In this document: positions 35,001 through 46,584 of the stretch, in pieces
Layout of the letters: each line of letters starts with the position of its first letter
How positions within the stretch are numbered: position 1 is the stretch's first letter
NCBI GenBank assembly: GCA_950097015.1
Contig: CATNEN010000030.1
Location: 1,798,001 to 1,862,000, forward strand
DNA length: 64,000 bases
Direction: 5' to 3'
Source: Macrostomum hystrix
Taxonomy: Eukaryota > Animalia > Platyhelminthes
The notes under the pieces: model-generated
What the model was told of the DNA's origin: nothing
What the model saw: only the letters and a program-made list of their open reading frames with translations
Databases searched by the model: none
Translations under genes and position numbers: made by a program

Positions 35001-35789
35001 CAAATTGTTGCAGTGGAGTCAAGAATTGAACCCCCGACCTTCAAGTCGTGAGTCCGACGCTCTAACCACAAGGCTACAACCTCCTGGTCGAATGGATCGA
35101 CCAGCTACTGATTTCAGTTGGTTCGGTTCGAGGATCGAGCTCGGGTCTCCATTCTAGAGCCTTATGTTGACATCCACTTTAAGTTAAAGGCTTTAACATT
35201 CACAAAAATTGTGAAAGCAATCAGATTTATAGAAATTACAGCTGTAATTAGTTGGGTTAGGTGAACAGCCAGCAGCTGCATACAAATTTCAAGTCCAAGC
35301 CTTGTCCAAGTAGACACCATTTGTTTCCCTTTTCACTGAGATTCGAACTTCAGACCTTCTGGTGAGGAGTCCAAAACTCTCTTATAAGGATTAAGAACAA
35401 AAACTAAATATGAATATGACCGTGAAGTACAGACGTCAATGAGAACGACCTTGGGAATCACCCAGGCGTTTCCAATGCATAAACACAGATATGCTGCTAT
35501 TGGCCCAGAACTGTCACGTGATAGACAGCTCCTACAGTCGCGACAAGGACGTGAACTCGCATCCAGAATTAAATTTGGAAAAATATGGCACTGACCAAAA
35601 ACACAGAAAAATATCTACTAAGTGCTTAGAAGCAGTGAATAATTTGAATTTAAACTTACAGAATGCAAGTCCATTAGTTAGCTTAGTAAAATCGCAGGCT
35701 GGAATCTCCACATCAGCATTGACAGTTCTTAGGAGATGTAGACCACATAGAGTTAAGCAGAGGCATAATTGTGTCTTTGTCACAATCAT
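26054..35789 (-). CDS. VKR: Venus kinase receptor-type RTK: (signal peptide) - solute-binding-like N-domain - Venus flytrap (ANF/GABA-B-like) - TM - tyrosine kinase; about 1240 aa
   Basis: Inferred exons in transcription order: 35789-35660 (putative), 34583-34316, 33301-33100, 32718-31977, 31006-30650, 30049-29713 (start uncertain), 28946-28405, 27862-27351, 26678-26054. Phases match at every junction except 33100/32718. VFT motifs LRIGLIWP, GLIAGTCSKTVESVAQAS, SPVFARQDIYPNFYRTIP, YTSDAVYLLANAL. TM AFLLCLLLAVLTVTACLFIGAL. Kinase GEGCFG, AVK, HRDVALRN, DFGLAR, NYYR, PVRWMPPE, KSDVWAF. Confidence 0.85.
26765..27340. repeat. 13-bp tandem repeat (GAGAATAGCAGCT), about 44 copies, last VKR intron
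   Basis: Direct periodicity. Fills the intron between the last two kinase exons. Confidence 0.96.
27895..28330. repeat. Two abutting arrays in a VKR intron: 19-bp (AGTAGATAGGACAGAGCAG, 27895-28185) and 21-bp (GAGGAGAGAGCGGATGGCACA, 28195-28330)
   Basis: Direct periodicity. Confidence 0.93.
29021..29305 (+). mobile_element. tRNA-derived SINE family 1 (CORE-like central domain), full-length copy
   Basis: tRNA-like head (TAGTGGTTA..GCGTCGGACTCATGACTTGAAGGTCGGGAGTTCGATTCC), CORE-like TGTGTCCTTTAGCAAAACACTTAA..., and an end CAGGTGTAATCA plus A/T tail. Homologous copies at 31420-31560, 31700-31920 and 34786-35085. Confidence 0.8.
29370..29700. repeat. 18-bp tandem repeat (ATAGGACAACTGGGATAA), VKR intron
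   Basis: Direct periodicity. Confidence 0.93.
30110..30580. repeat. 22-bp tandem repeat (TACTGAGTCCTTGGATACTCAA), VKR intron
   Basis: Direct periodicity, degenerate at the edges. Confidence 0.92.
31025..31335 (+). mobile_element. tRNA-derived SINE family 2, copy 1
   Basis: Partial A-box head (TCAGTGGCAGAGCGGTCTAACGCG). Body is homologous to 32830-33045 (shared GAGAGTGTACACTGCCTGACGATGAGAAAGTCAGGGCAGATGTACACACCTGTGTG...TGCCCGCAGCCCTCCTGCA). Confidence 0.7.
31420..31560 (+). mobile_element. SINE family 1, degenerate 5' portion
   Basis: GGAGGTCGGGAGTTCGAATCTC B-box followed by degenerate core (GCTTCAGTTCACCTAGCT...GGGTACCAG). Confidence 0.6.
31700..31920 (-). mobile_element. SINE family 1, inverted copy
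   Basis: Reverse complement shares a perfect 39-nt block (CAGCATTAGCTGGGGTAATTGAGGGTGGGTGTGGCGCAC) and the tRNA-like head with 29021-29305. Confidence 0.82.
32765..33050 (+). mobile_element. tRNA-derived SINE family 2, copy 2
   Basis: tRNA-like head (AACTGAGTAACGCGTCTGAGTCTCACACCAAGGTCCCTGAGCTCGATTCCACGGCGAGGCCA), body as in copy 1, ending in an A-rich tail. Confidence 0.75.
33340..34280. repeat. About 21-bp purine-rich tandem repeat (GAGGAATGAGTGGACAGAGGA / GAGGACTCAGTGGACAGAGGA), VKR intron
   Basis: Direct periodicity with two interspersed variant blocks. Confidence 0.93.
34786..35085 (-). mobile_element. SINE family 1, inverted full-length copy
   Basis: Reverse complement matches the head (TTGAAGGTCGGGGGTTCAATTC), core and CAGGTGTAATCA end of 29021-29305. 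Confidence 0.8.
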
Positions 35790-36571
35790 ATTAGATATTG
35801 TAGATGAAAGATACTTTTTTCGATGGATATCTTAGCTAATGGCTCCTGGAAATAAATGTGTAAAAAAATACAGCTTTTATCTTTCCCTTCCTCGATAGGG
35901 TTAGTACATATGCAGTACATAGGGCACAGTTCGATTAGATATACAGGTTACTAAGAGATCTGAATAGGCATCAGATAAAGTCTTATTTCAAAAATTATCT
36001 TTATATTAGTTGAAAAGTTATATATGTCATGACTTAAAAGCTTAAAATATATCAATCTGAGAATTTTTACAGAAGTTCAACTATTCATTTTATATATATT
36101 TTTAGTCAATCTTTATATTGTAGTTAGAGTTTCTTGTTACTATGACAATAAACACTTAGCATGACTCATCTCACATTTAAAAGCCAGACTTGATTTTTTT
36201 CTTATAAGACCTTCACCATACCTAAAATGTTCAAATATCAATACACATGTCTGTATTTCAAATCTTTCCTATATATCCAGAAATATATACGTTTCCCTTG
36301 CCTTCCCATTATATCCTGTAGCTTCCTATACTGTCTCTCAAATCATATGATTCACTCACATACTTAATAGCTATTTATTAAATTACTCAAGTTACTTAAT
36401 ACTTAATTGCATACCCACTTTATATCTCTCTCTCCTGTGTAGTGGTTTTGTCTGTAAAAAATGTTCTGCCTATAATACCAAACACTAATTGCATAAATCT
36501 TTTGTTCAATTAAGATTGAGTACATGCTCAATTTTTGCTAGAACATAGTACATTCTCATCATGTACAGGTC

Positions 36572-36842
36572 CATACATGCGCAACCTCCCAAATCTTAGC
36601 CGGCCGTGCGACTTAGTTTTTGCTCTCATTTGCGACTTAGTTGGTTTCATTGCTCTATTTACGACTTAGTTTGCTCTCTTTTTCTCTCCCCTTTTTCCTT
36701 TTCTTCACGCCTTCCTTTTTTGTCCCTTGGTCCCCCCTTTGATTTTTTTGCGCTTGGTTGATTGGTTTTTGCAACTTACCTTGCTTGGCCCTCATTTCAC
36801 CCGGCCAGTTTGGCTGGGTTGGCCGGGTGTTGCGCATGTATG
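36572..36842. mobile_element. Non-autonomous hAT-type MITE, copy 1 (271 bp)
   Basis: 14-bp perfect TIR CATACATGCGCAAC...GTTGCGCATGTATG. Flanks TACAGGTC / TACAGGTT (8-bp TSD, 7 of 8 match). Confidence 0.85.
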
Positions 36843-37957
36843 TACAGGTTCATCATATATTCTGTTTACATTTTTTGTGAATTTATTATAGCTAGCCAAC
36901 AAATTACTCAGAAAAGCAAATAAAATAACTAAGCAAGCAATGTATAAACTTGTTCATTAATTTGTTGTATAATCCAAATTAAAACTACAATGCAGAATTT
37001 AAAAAATGATAGATAAACTGAGAGAAAAAGCAATATCATTTTTGCCTTTTTCAAAACAAAAACTTGTTTTAAATAAAACCTAATTACTAAATAAGCAAAC
37101 AATAAAATATAGAAATAATATTTTCTATGCTTTCTATTCTGTATAAAAAAGACACTACTTAATTTGACTTTTGATCATTTACATCCTCATTACATTATTA
37201 TATTTCTGTCTGAGAGTTGTTTGTCTTCTGCCTGATGTGGCTTAATTATATAAATTTAAAGTAAGTGATGCAGGCCCAATCTAATATACTATATTGTTCA
37301 ACTTCAATTGCCGACCAAACAATTTCTTTATTAATATATTGCTTTGTTTGACTTGTGTCTTGCCTTCCCCCACAGCAGGGAATAAATAGGGCCTAGTGAC
37401 CGAGAGGCCTAAAAACCAACTTGTTTAGGCCAAGAGCCCAGAAAGTGTGAATAGTTAGTAAAATAAATATAGGATTGAAAATATTGGGTCTTGTGTTAGC
37501 CATTTTGTCTTAAAATTGTAGTCAGTTGACAAAGTAACATAAAAATTCATTGAAAAAAAGAAGGAACAAGGCATAGTTATGGTTTTTTAGCTAAAAAGTA
37601 TTATAATTTTTAATCAACATATAACCATTTTTGCCCATTTCAACCAATCGCAGATGACCTGCAGTACCCACAACTATTGTACATGCAGCTGAGCTAAGGA
37701 ACAGCCTTGTCTTATGTGATCTCATCTGACTGTCAACTACTGTGGACTGGTTGCCCTTGTATCTTATTAATGAAGCCATGATTATCTAGGCAAAACTAAG
37801 GATCCTCTTATTTGATTTAATCGCCTATGAATTGACTTGGTTCTCACTCCTTAGGCTCTAAAATGTGCAAAAATGTGTTTGGTCTAAAATAAATTAGAGC
37901 AGGAAATGAAAACAATGCCTGACAATTAATCAAACAGAAATAAAGGTTTAACTGCCA

Positions 37958-38237
37958 CATACATGCGCAACACCCGGCCGACCTGGCCGAACCGGCCGGG
38001 TGAAATGAGGGCCAAGCAAGGTAAGTCCCAAAAACCAATAGACCAAGCACAAAAAAATCAAAGGGGGACCAAGGGACAAAAAAGGAAGGCGTGAAGAAAA
38101 GGAAAAAGGGGAGAGAAAAAGAGAGCAAATGAGAGCAAACTAAGTCGTAAATAGAGCAATGAAATGAACTAAGTCACAAATGAGAGCAAAAACTAAGTCG
38201 CACGGCCGGCTAAGATTTGGGAGGTTGCGCATGTATG
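37958..38237. mobile_element. Non-autonomous hAT-type MITE, copy 2, inverted relative to copy 1 (280 bp)
   Basis: Same 14-bp TIR. Flanks AACTGCCA / AACTACCA (8-bp TSD, 7 of 8 match). Body is largely the reverse complement of copy 1. Confidence 0.85.
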
Positions 38238-40549
38238 AACTACCAAGTAAGAAGAATGTTTAAATCATTTAGAAGCAAGCCAATTTGTATAATTGAAGGT
38301 TTTATTTGTACTAAGCATATTGTCATAAAAGTAAGGGAATATATAGACATGTACATTGAAGTTATATTTATATTGTTGGAATTATTTTATAAAGACAGAG
38401 GCCTACCCCACATAAGCTAACTGCTTCTAGTCCAGTAAACAAATGAAAATATATGAAAATATATGAATTATACATATACGCATGCAAATTATTAAAAAAA
38501 GAAAACAACAGGTAAATTTTTGACACCTGACTGCTTTTAAACTGCAGCATCAAAGCACCGAGCACCCTGCACCCCATTTAAACGCGAACTTCGATGACAA
38601 TTACTTATGTAGTTAATAACATGGTTTTGGCGTATAGACATAACGACCGTGGCGTTATCCATATTTTATTAATCAGTGATCTATTAGTCATCAGCATGCA
38701 GCACAAGTGCACAACACAACACAACCCAGAACTGACTGACTCCCTGTCTGTCACGCGCATGTGGTTTTTATTACTATTTTTGAAATATTTTGTTTACTGT
38801 GTTTTCGCATTTTACTATAACTTAACAAATATTTAAAAAATAATAATTAGAATATTCGTCAGCAAGGCTAAATTAACTCTGTTTTTTTATATTTGTTTTA
38901 TTTTTTACATGCTAACTTTTTAGTCGTCTAAATTTAGAGTCGCTTTCTTACACGTGCTTGCAAGGCATTTTCTTGATTCACCATTTTAGCCAATCGTTTT
39001 CTCAAAAAATCAGCTAATGCCTACCTGTTCGCTCCTAGAATATCAGCCGCAAAAAATTCATAAGTTTTCATAGAATGCATTCGGTCATTTTATGTAATTG
39101 TAATTCCAATTTAAATTAGAAGCATAAAATGCGCCAACCAAACGTTTTAAAAAAATTCTGTTTCAAAATAGTAAAATGATTTTTTTGATAGAACTGGGGA
39201 AGCAGAAGCATTTTAGTCAGAGAAGCGAAAAGGGTTGCGTGCTAGCACATACGCTTTGTTGACGCGTTGTCTATATATATACACGGAGCTGATGGTGCAG
39301 AAGTTATTTATACATTTGTACATGCATTTCAAATCTTGTTACAAATTTTCAAATTACAAATTTTTGTTATGACAAATTTTCTGCACGGGTAATGACTCGA
39401 TCCTATAAAATACTTAGTTTGAACCCTCTGCACGTGGACGTGGTTTATAGTATATTTTTATTTATAACGAGAAGGGTAGAATTTAATTATCAATACAACT
39501 TTTAAGCAGTTATACAATACATTAGATAATCGATTCGTGTTTTAATTTAAGTTCGGCACACGGTGAAAAGAATTCGGATTTTCAATACTCGGTGTAGATT
39601 AAGAAACTGCTGAGCAGTACTCAGTGTTGAGATCGTAAACAGCATGCAATGGGAGATTCACATGACAAAAATCCCATATAGTTCTGGCCTGGAATCGATC
39701 GATCGCCGCATGCCCAGTTCTCATCGATAGAGAATGGGAGTTTTTCCCTCAGGGGAAGTATTAAGGGGGAGGGATCGAGGCATCGATCCCCACACGACAG
39801 ACTCAATATCCCTCATTCCATTTCGCGAAATGAGAAACGGTTAGTTGAGAATGGGATTCAAGTATGCATGGTCGACGTGGGCGGTGAAATCCTAATTAAA
39901 TTAATAAGCAGCGGCCCCACTAACTACTGTCCCACTATTTCCTAACTATAATAAGTAAGGCTCGGAGACCGCTGTGCCGATCTCGCCCTGCTTATACAAA
40001 GATTGTCGGCCCAGATCTCTCCATTTCCTCCTTGTTCCCCCCCGGCGGCCCAATTTTCCTCTTTCGGCGAGTTCTCGGCGATGCCCGCCCTAGCAACCAG
40101 GCTGCGGCCAGTTGGTCGTATCCGGCGGCCAGGTGTGAGTTGAAGGGAATCACAATTTTATTCCAGGCTCTGTACACAATAGCCGCCTCTCCTTGACCAA
40201 CTCACAATGGCTTTGGCGTTCCTGTCAGTTTGTGTTCCCCATCAAACGGTCCCATCTAGAATTTCCACACTTTCTTTGAGCCGCTGGGGCGTTAGCACGC
40301 GCAGCATAGCTGTGGACAAAAAACGGGCAAACACAGACCGCAAGTTCTCAAGATAGTCCAGACCCCATTCCACCTGAGACACGCTCATTAGGCCTTGCCA
40401 TTTACTCTGAGGAAGAATGCGTCCGTAAAGAATGACTAATATTTCGGAAAACCATCTAATTGACGATGCGGAGGGAAAGCTAAAAAATTTGCGAGTGATT
40501 TGGGAAAAGTTTATTCCGCGTCTTCAGACAAGTATTGTATATGTTTTTA

Positions 40550-43500
40550 GGCAGTCTTCAGACAGTCTAATCATTTACTTTAGACAGTCTAATCATTCAC
40601 TTCAGACAGTCTAATCATTTACTTCAGACAGTCTAATCATTCACTTCAGACAGTCTAATCATTCACTTCAGACAGTCTAATCATTCACTTCAGACAGTCT
40701 AATCATTTACTTCAGACAGTCTAATCATTCACTTCAGACAGTCTAATCATTCACTTCAGACAGTCTAATCATTCACTTCAGACAGTCTAATCATTCACTT
40801 CAGACAGTCTAATCATTTACTGTAGACAGTCTAATCATTCACTTCAGACAGTCTAATCATTCACTTCAGACAGTCTAATCATTCACTTCAGACAGTCTAA
40901 TCATTTACTTCAGACAGTCTAATCATTTACTTCAGACAGTCTAATCATTCACTTCAGACAGTCTAATCATTTACTTCAGACAGTCTAATCATTTACTTCA
41001 GACAGTCTAATCATTCACTTCAGACAGTCTAATCATTTACTTCAGACAGTCTAATCATTCACTTCAGACAGTCTAATCATTCACTTCAGACAGTCTAATC
41101 ATTTACTTCAGACAGTCTAATCATTCACTTCAGACAGTCTAATCATTTACTTCAGACAGTCTAATCATTCACTTCAGACAGTCTAATCATTTACTTCAGA
41201 CACTCTAATCATTTACTTCAGACACTCTAATCATTTACTTCAGACACTCTAATCATTCACTTCAGGCAGTCTAATCATTCACTTCAGACAGTCTAATCAT
41301 TCACTTCAGACAGTCTAATCATTCACTTCAGACAGTCTAATCATTCACTTCAGACACTCTAATCATTCACTTCAGACAGTCTAATCATTCACTTCAGACA
41401 GTATAATCATTCACTTCAGACAGTCTAATCATTTACTTCAGACAGTCTAATCATTCACTTCAGACAGTCTAATCATTCACTTCAGACAGTCTAATCATTC
41501 ACTTCAGACAGTATAATCATTCACTTCAGACAGTCTAATCATTTCACTTCAGACAGTCTAATCATTCACTTCAGACAGTCTAATCATTCACTTCAGGACA
41601 GTCTAATCATTCACTTCAGACAGTCTAATCATTCACTTCAGACAGTCTAATCATTCACTTCAGACAGTCTAATCATTCACTTCAGACAGTCTAATCATTC
41701 ACTTCAGACAGTCTAATCATTCACTTCAGACAGTCTAATCATTTCACTTCAGACAGTCTAATCATTCACTTCAGACAGTCTAATCATTCACTTCAGACAG
41801 TCTAATCATTTACTTCAGACAGTCTAATCATTCACTTCAGACAGTCTAATCATTTACTTCAGGACAGTCTAATCATTTCACTTCAGGCAGTCTAATCATT
41901 TCACTTCAGACAGTCTAATCATTCACTTCAGACAGTCTAATCATTCACTTCAGACAGTCTAATCATTCACTTCAGCAGTCTAATCATTTACTTCAGACAG
42001 TCTAATCATTTACTTCAGACAGTCTAATCATTCACTTCAGACAGTCTAATCATTCACTTCAGACAGTCTAATCATTCACTTCAGACAGTCTAATCATTCA
42101 CTTCAGACAGTCTAATCATTCACTTCAGACAGTCTAATCATTTACTGTCAGACAGTCTAATCATTCACTTCAGACAGTCTAATCATTTACTTCAGACAGT
42201 CGTAATCATTTACTTCAGACAGTCTAATCATTCACTTCAGACAGTCTAATCATTCACTTCAGACAGTCTAATCATTTACTGTCAGACAGTCTAATCATTC
42301 ACTTCAGACAGTCTAATCATTCACTTCAGACAGTCTAATCATTCACTTCAGACAGTCTAATCATTTACTTCAGACAGTCTAATCATTTACTTCAGACAGT
42401 CTAATCATTCACTTCAGACAGTCTAATCATTTACTTCAGACAGTCTAATCATTTACTTCAGACAGTCTAATCATTCACTTCAGACAGTCTAATCATTTCA
42501 CTTCAGACAGTCTAATCATTCACTTCAGACAGTCTAATCATTCACTTCAGACAGTCTAATCATTCACTTCAGACAGTCTAATCATTCACTTCAGACAGTC
42601 TAATCATTTACTTCAGACAGTCTAATCATTCACTTCAGACAGTCTAATCATTCACTTCAGACAGTCTAATCATTTCACTTCAGACAGTCTAATCATTTAC
42701 TTCAGACAGTCTAATCATTCACTTCAGACAGTCTAATCATTCACTTCAGACAGTCTAATCATTCACTTCAGACAGTCTAATCATTCACTTCAGACAGTCT
42801 AATCATTCACTTCAGACAGTCTAATCATTCACTTCAGACAGTCTAATCATTCACTTCAGACAGTCTAATCATTCACTTCAGACAGTCTAATCATTCACTT
42901 CAGACAGTCTAATCATTCACTTCAGACAGTCTAATCATTCACTTCAGACAGTCTAATCATTCACTTCAGACAGTCTAATCATTCACTTCAGACAGTCTAA
43001 TCATTCACTTCAGACAGTCTAATCATTCACTTCAGACAGTCTAATCATTCACTTCAGACAGTCTAATCATTCACTTCAGACAGTCTAATCATTCACTTCA
43101 GACAGTCTAATCATTCACTTCAGACAGTCTAATCATTCACTTCAGACAGTCTAATCATTCACTTCAGACAGTCTAATCATTCACTTCAGACAGTCTAATC
43201 ATTCACTTCAGACAGTCTAATCATTCACTTCAGACAGTCTAATCATTTACTTCAGACAGTCTAATCATTCACTTCAGACAGTCTAATCATTCACTTCAGA
43301 CAGTCTAATCATTCACTTCAGACAGTCTAATCATTCACTTCAGACAGTCTAATCATTACTTCAGACAGTCTAATCATTCACTTCAGACAGTCTAATCATT
43401 CACTTCAGACAGTCTAATCATTCACTTCAGACAGTCTAATCATTTACTTCAGACAGTCTAATCATTCACTTCAGACAGTCTAATCATTTACTTCAGACAG

Positions 43501-44663
43501 TCTAATCATTCACTTCAGACAGTCTAATCATTCACTTCAGACAGTCTAATCATTCACTTCAGACAGTCTAATCATTCACTTCAGACAGTCTAATCATTCA
43601 CTTCAGACAGTCTAATCATTCACTTCAGACAGTCTAATCATTCACTTCAGACAGTCTAATCATTCACTTCAGACAGTCTAATCATTCACTTCAGACAGTC
43701 TAATCATTTACTTCAGACAGTCTAATCATTCACTTCAGACAGTCTAATCATTCACTTCAGACAGTCTAATCATTCACTTCAGACAGTCTAATCATTACTT
43801 CAGACAGTCTAATCATTTACTTCAGACAGTCTAATCATTCACTTCAGACAGTCTAATCATTCACTTCAGACAGTCTAATCATTCACTTCAGACAGTCTAA
43901 TCATTTACTTCAGACAGTCTAATCATTCACTTCAGACAGTCTAATCATTCACTTCAGACAGTCTAATCATTTACTTCAGACAGTCTAATCATTCACTTCA
44001 GACAGTCTAATCATTCACTTCAGACAGTCTAATCATTCACTTCAGACAGTCTAATCATTCACTTCAGACAGTCTAATCATTCACTTCAGGACAGTCTAAT
44101 CATTCACTTTCAGACAGTCTAATCATTCACTTCAGACAGTCTAATCATTCACTTCAGACAGTCTAATCATTCACTTCAGACAGTCTAATCATTTACTTCA
44201 GACAGTCTAATCATTTACTTCAGACAGTCTAATCATTTACTTCAGACAGTCTAATCATTCACTTCAGACAGTCTAATCATTCACTTCAGGCAGTCTAATC
44301 ATTTACTTCAGGCAGTCTAATCATTTACTTTAGACACTCTAATCATTTACTTCAGACAGTCTAATCATTCACTTCAGACACTCTAATCATTCACTTCAGA
44401 CAGTCTAATCATTCACTTCAGACAGTCTAATCATTCACTTCAGACAGTCTAATCATTCACTTCAGACAGTCTAATCATTCACTTCAGACAGTCTAATCAT
44501 TTACTTCAGACAGTCTAATCATTCACTTCAGACAGTCTAATCATTTCACTTCAGACAGTCTAATCATTCACTTCAGGCAGTCTAATCATTCACTTCAGAC
44601 AGTCTAATCATTCACTTCAGACAGTCTAATCATTCACTTCAGACAGTCTAATCATTCACTTCA
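40550..44663. repeat. 22-bp satellite (CAGACAGTCTAATCATTCACTT), about 4.1 kb, about 185 copies
   Basis: Direct periodicity. TTCACTT/TTTACTT dimorphism, and scattered 1-nt indels. Confidence 0.98.
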
Positions 44664-44664
44664 C

Positions 44665-45050
44665 TTCGCTCTCGTCAGCTTGAAAGGCCGCACGGAGCAG
44701 CACCGAGTGCGCCGATTCCAGCTCCCGCTCTAGCGTAGCCGTCAGCGTCCACGACTCGGCGTTGTACAGCAGGACGGTCTCGAACCACCGCCTGCCACAG
44801 CCGAGCCCTCTGGCGGTCAGGCAGCGCTGTGGACTGGAGGACGGCCCGGATCGAACGGTAGGCCGCCCATGCGAGTCCTCTGCGCCGTCGGATGTCGTCT
44901 TCCACGTTGGGCACCAGACCGCCGAGGTAAGTGAACCGCTGGCAGCGTGCGAGCGAGATGATCTGCCCGTCTGCGCCGCGGCACGTGAGGTCCGCTGGGA
45001 TGTCGGCCGGCATGGTCAGCACCTCGGTCTTAAGCGAGTTGATCACTGCA
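44665..45050 (-). mobile_element. RTE-like non-LTR retrotransposon fragment (C-terminal to the RT core), frameshifted
   Basis: FTYLGG...EDDIRRRRGLAWAAYRSIRAVLQS..L...RARLWQAVV, then after a frameshift ETVLLYNAESWTLT...LRAAF. This pattern is typical of RTE-clade ORF2. A second remnant (LYTETWTLTGSL) lies at about 45430-45478. Confidence 0.75.
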
Positions 45051-46584
45051 TAGACCTCTATTGGCCAATCCTAATTGGTTCATTAATGCAATAATTAACG
45101 ATTATATGAATTGTTATTCAACATAACCAACAATAGAGTAGCCGACATAGTTAGATGATGAGAACTTTAGAGCAGGAAAAATGTTGTCTATATTGGTGGT
45201 TTTGCCATCAGACACCCGGACGAGAATCATTGAATATCTCGATGATGCTGATGTTTTGTGATTCTGGAAGTTGTTTTTACGGATAGAGCGAAAAATGTTA
45301 GCCCGTCATCTGGACTTTCAAAGCGGCCGGTTGAATATTTTGGAAGATACAGAAAAAAATGTGGGTAGTTAAAATACCCCCCGTGTTTTTTCTACCGGTG
45401 GCGACGTAGCCGATCTCAGCAGGCTATTCGAGCGAGCCCGTCAGCGTCCAGGTCTCGGTGTACAGTGTCTCGGCGTCTATAGACAAAATGGAAATCATCC
45501 ATCGACAAAATGGAATTCATCCATAGACAAAATGGAAATCGTCCATAGACAATTAGAAAACTCGAGCCTTCGCCGCGAGGTCAGGCCATTCTCAGGAGAA
45601 GCAGTGGGATCTTGGACGCAATCCCCTGCAGGAGTAAATAAAGATGCATTAAAGTGGTTTTCCAGTTTTATGACTGCGCTACCCATCGTATAGCTTTGCA
45701 TTGCGTAACCATATTTTATGGAGCTGTTTCGGTTAAACAGAAAAACCCGCGACCGCTAATAATTGCTGTCCCATCGTGTGCACATCCCATGCATCCCATC
45801 AAGAGATGGGACACTGAGATTGTTCGCCATATAAAAACACTCTCGGACGTGCTTGAAAAGTAGCATAACAGGGGGAAACGATGGCACTCACAGAAAGTGA
45901 TTTGCGCTGATTTTTTTCATTGTTGCGTCACTATAATTTTCCATGGGGATAAAATCATTGATGAAACCAAGACAATAAATCTTTTCAGTGTGCAGTGTAG
46001 TAAGTTTGTCAGGCAATTGAATTTATTTTGCCACTTCAGTTCATATTGGGTTCAGTAATGTCAGTAATAAAAAATCACGGCCTTACCTAAACCAACGTGG
46101 ATAGGAAAGTTTAGCGAAGCCTAAAGTCAAAAGCGGAACCAAACAGAACCAACCTGCCAATAAGCCTAGGGTGGAAATATAATACTTATGCTCTATTTAT
46201 CTCTCAGTGAAGAGATTAGAATTGCTGTATCGAATTGCTTTTAAGCTTCGCATGGGATTCAATTTGTGTTGCTATGCCAACTATAGAACTTGGGCACAAA
46301 TCAGAAACCCGTAACCTATTTCAAGATTCAATTGCTTTATTGCCAACTAATTAATTCTGTCCACTTACTATGGATTTAAATATAGAATTAGCATTTGTTT
46401 ATTTAGCGACGGACTTATAATTCCAGACTTGTTCAAATTGAGACTTCTATCGATCTACCCAATAGGTCGGACACGATACACTTTTTCATTAAGATTTGTA
46501 GATTCACTTGTTTGCGCATTGGCTAAGTGACTTTTCTGAATACGAATTTTATTTACCGAGAACAGAGGAGATTATAAAGAGAGT

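Noticed and set aside
19614-35789. Secreted Cys protein as the linked ligand of the neighbouring VKR or the LRR protein
   Set aside because: Adjacency on the same strand is the only support. Known VKR ligands are small molecules or ions, and no Toll TIR domain is visible in the window.
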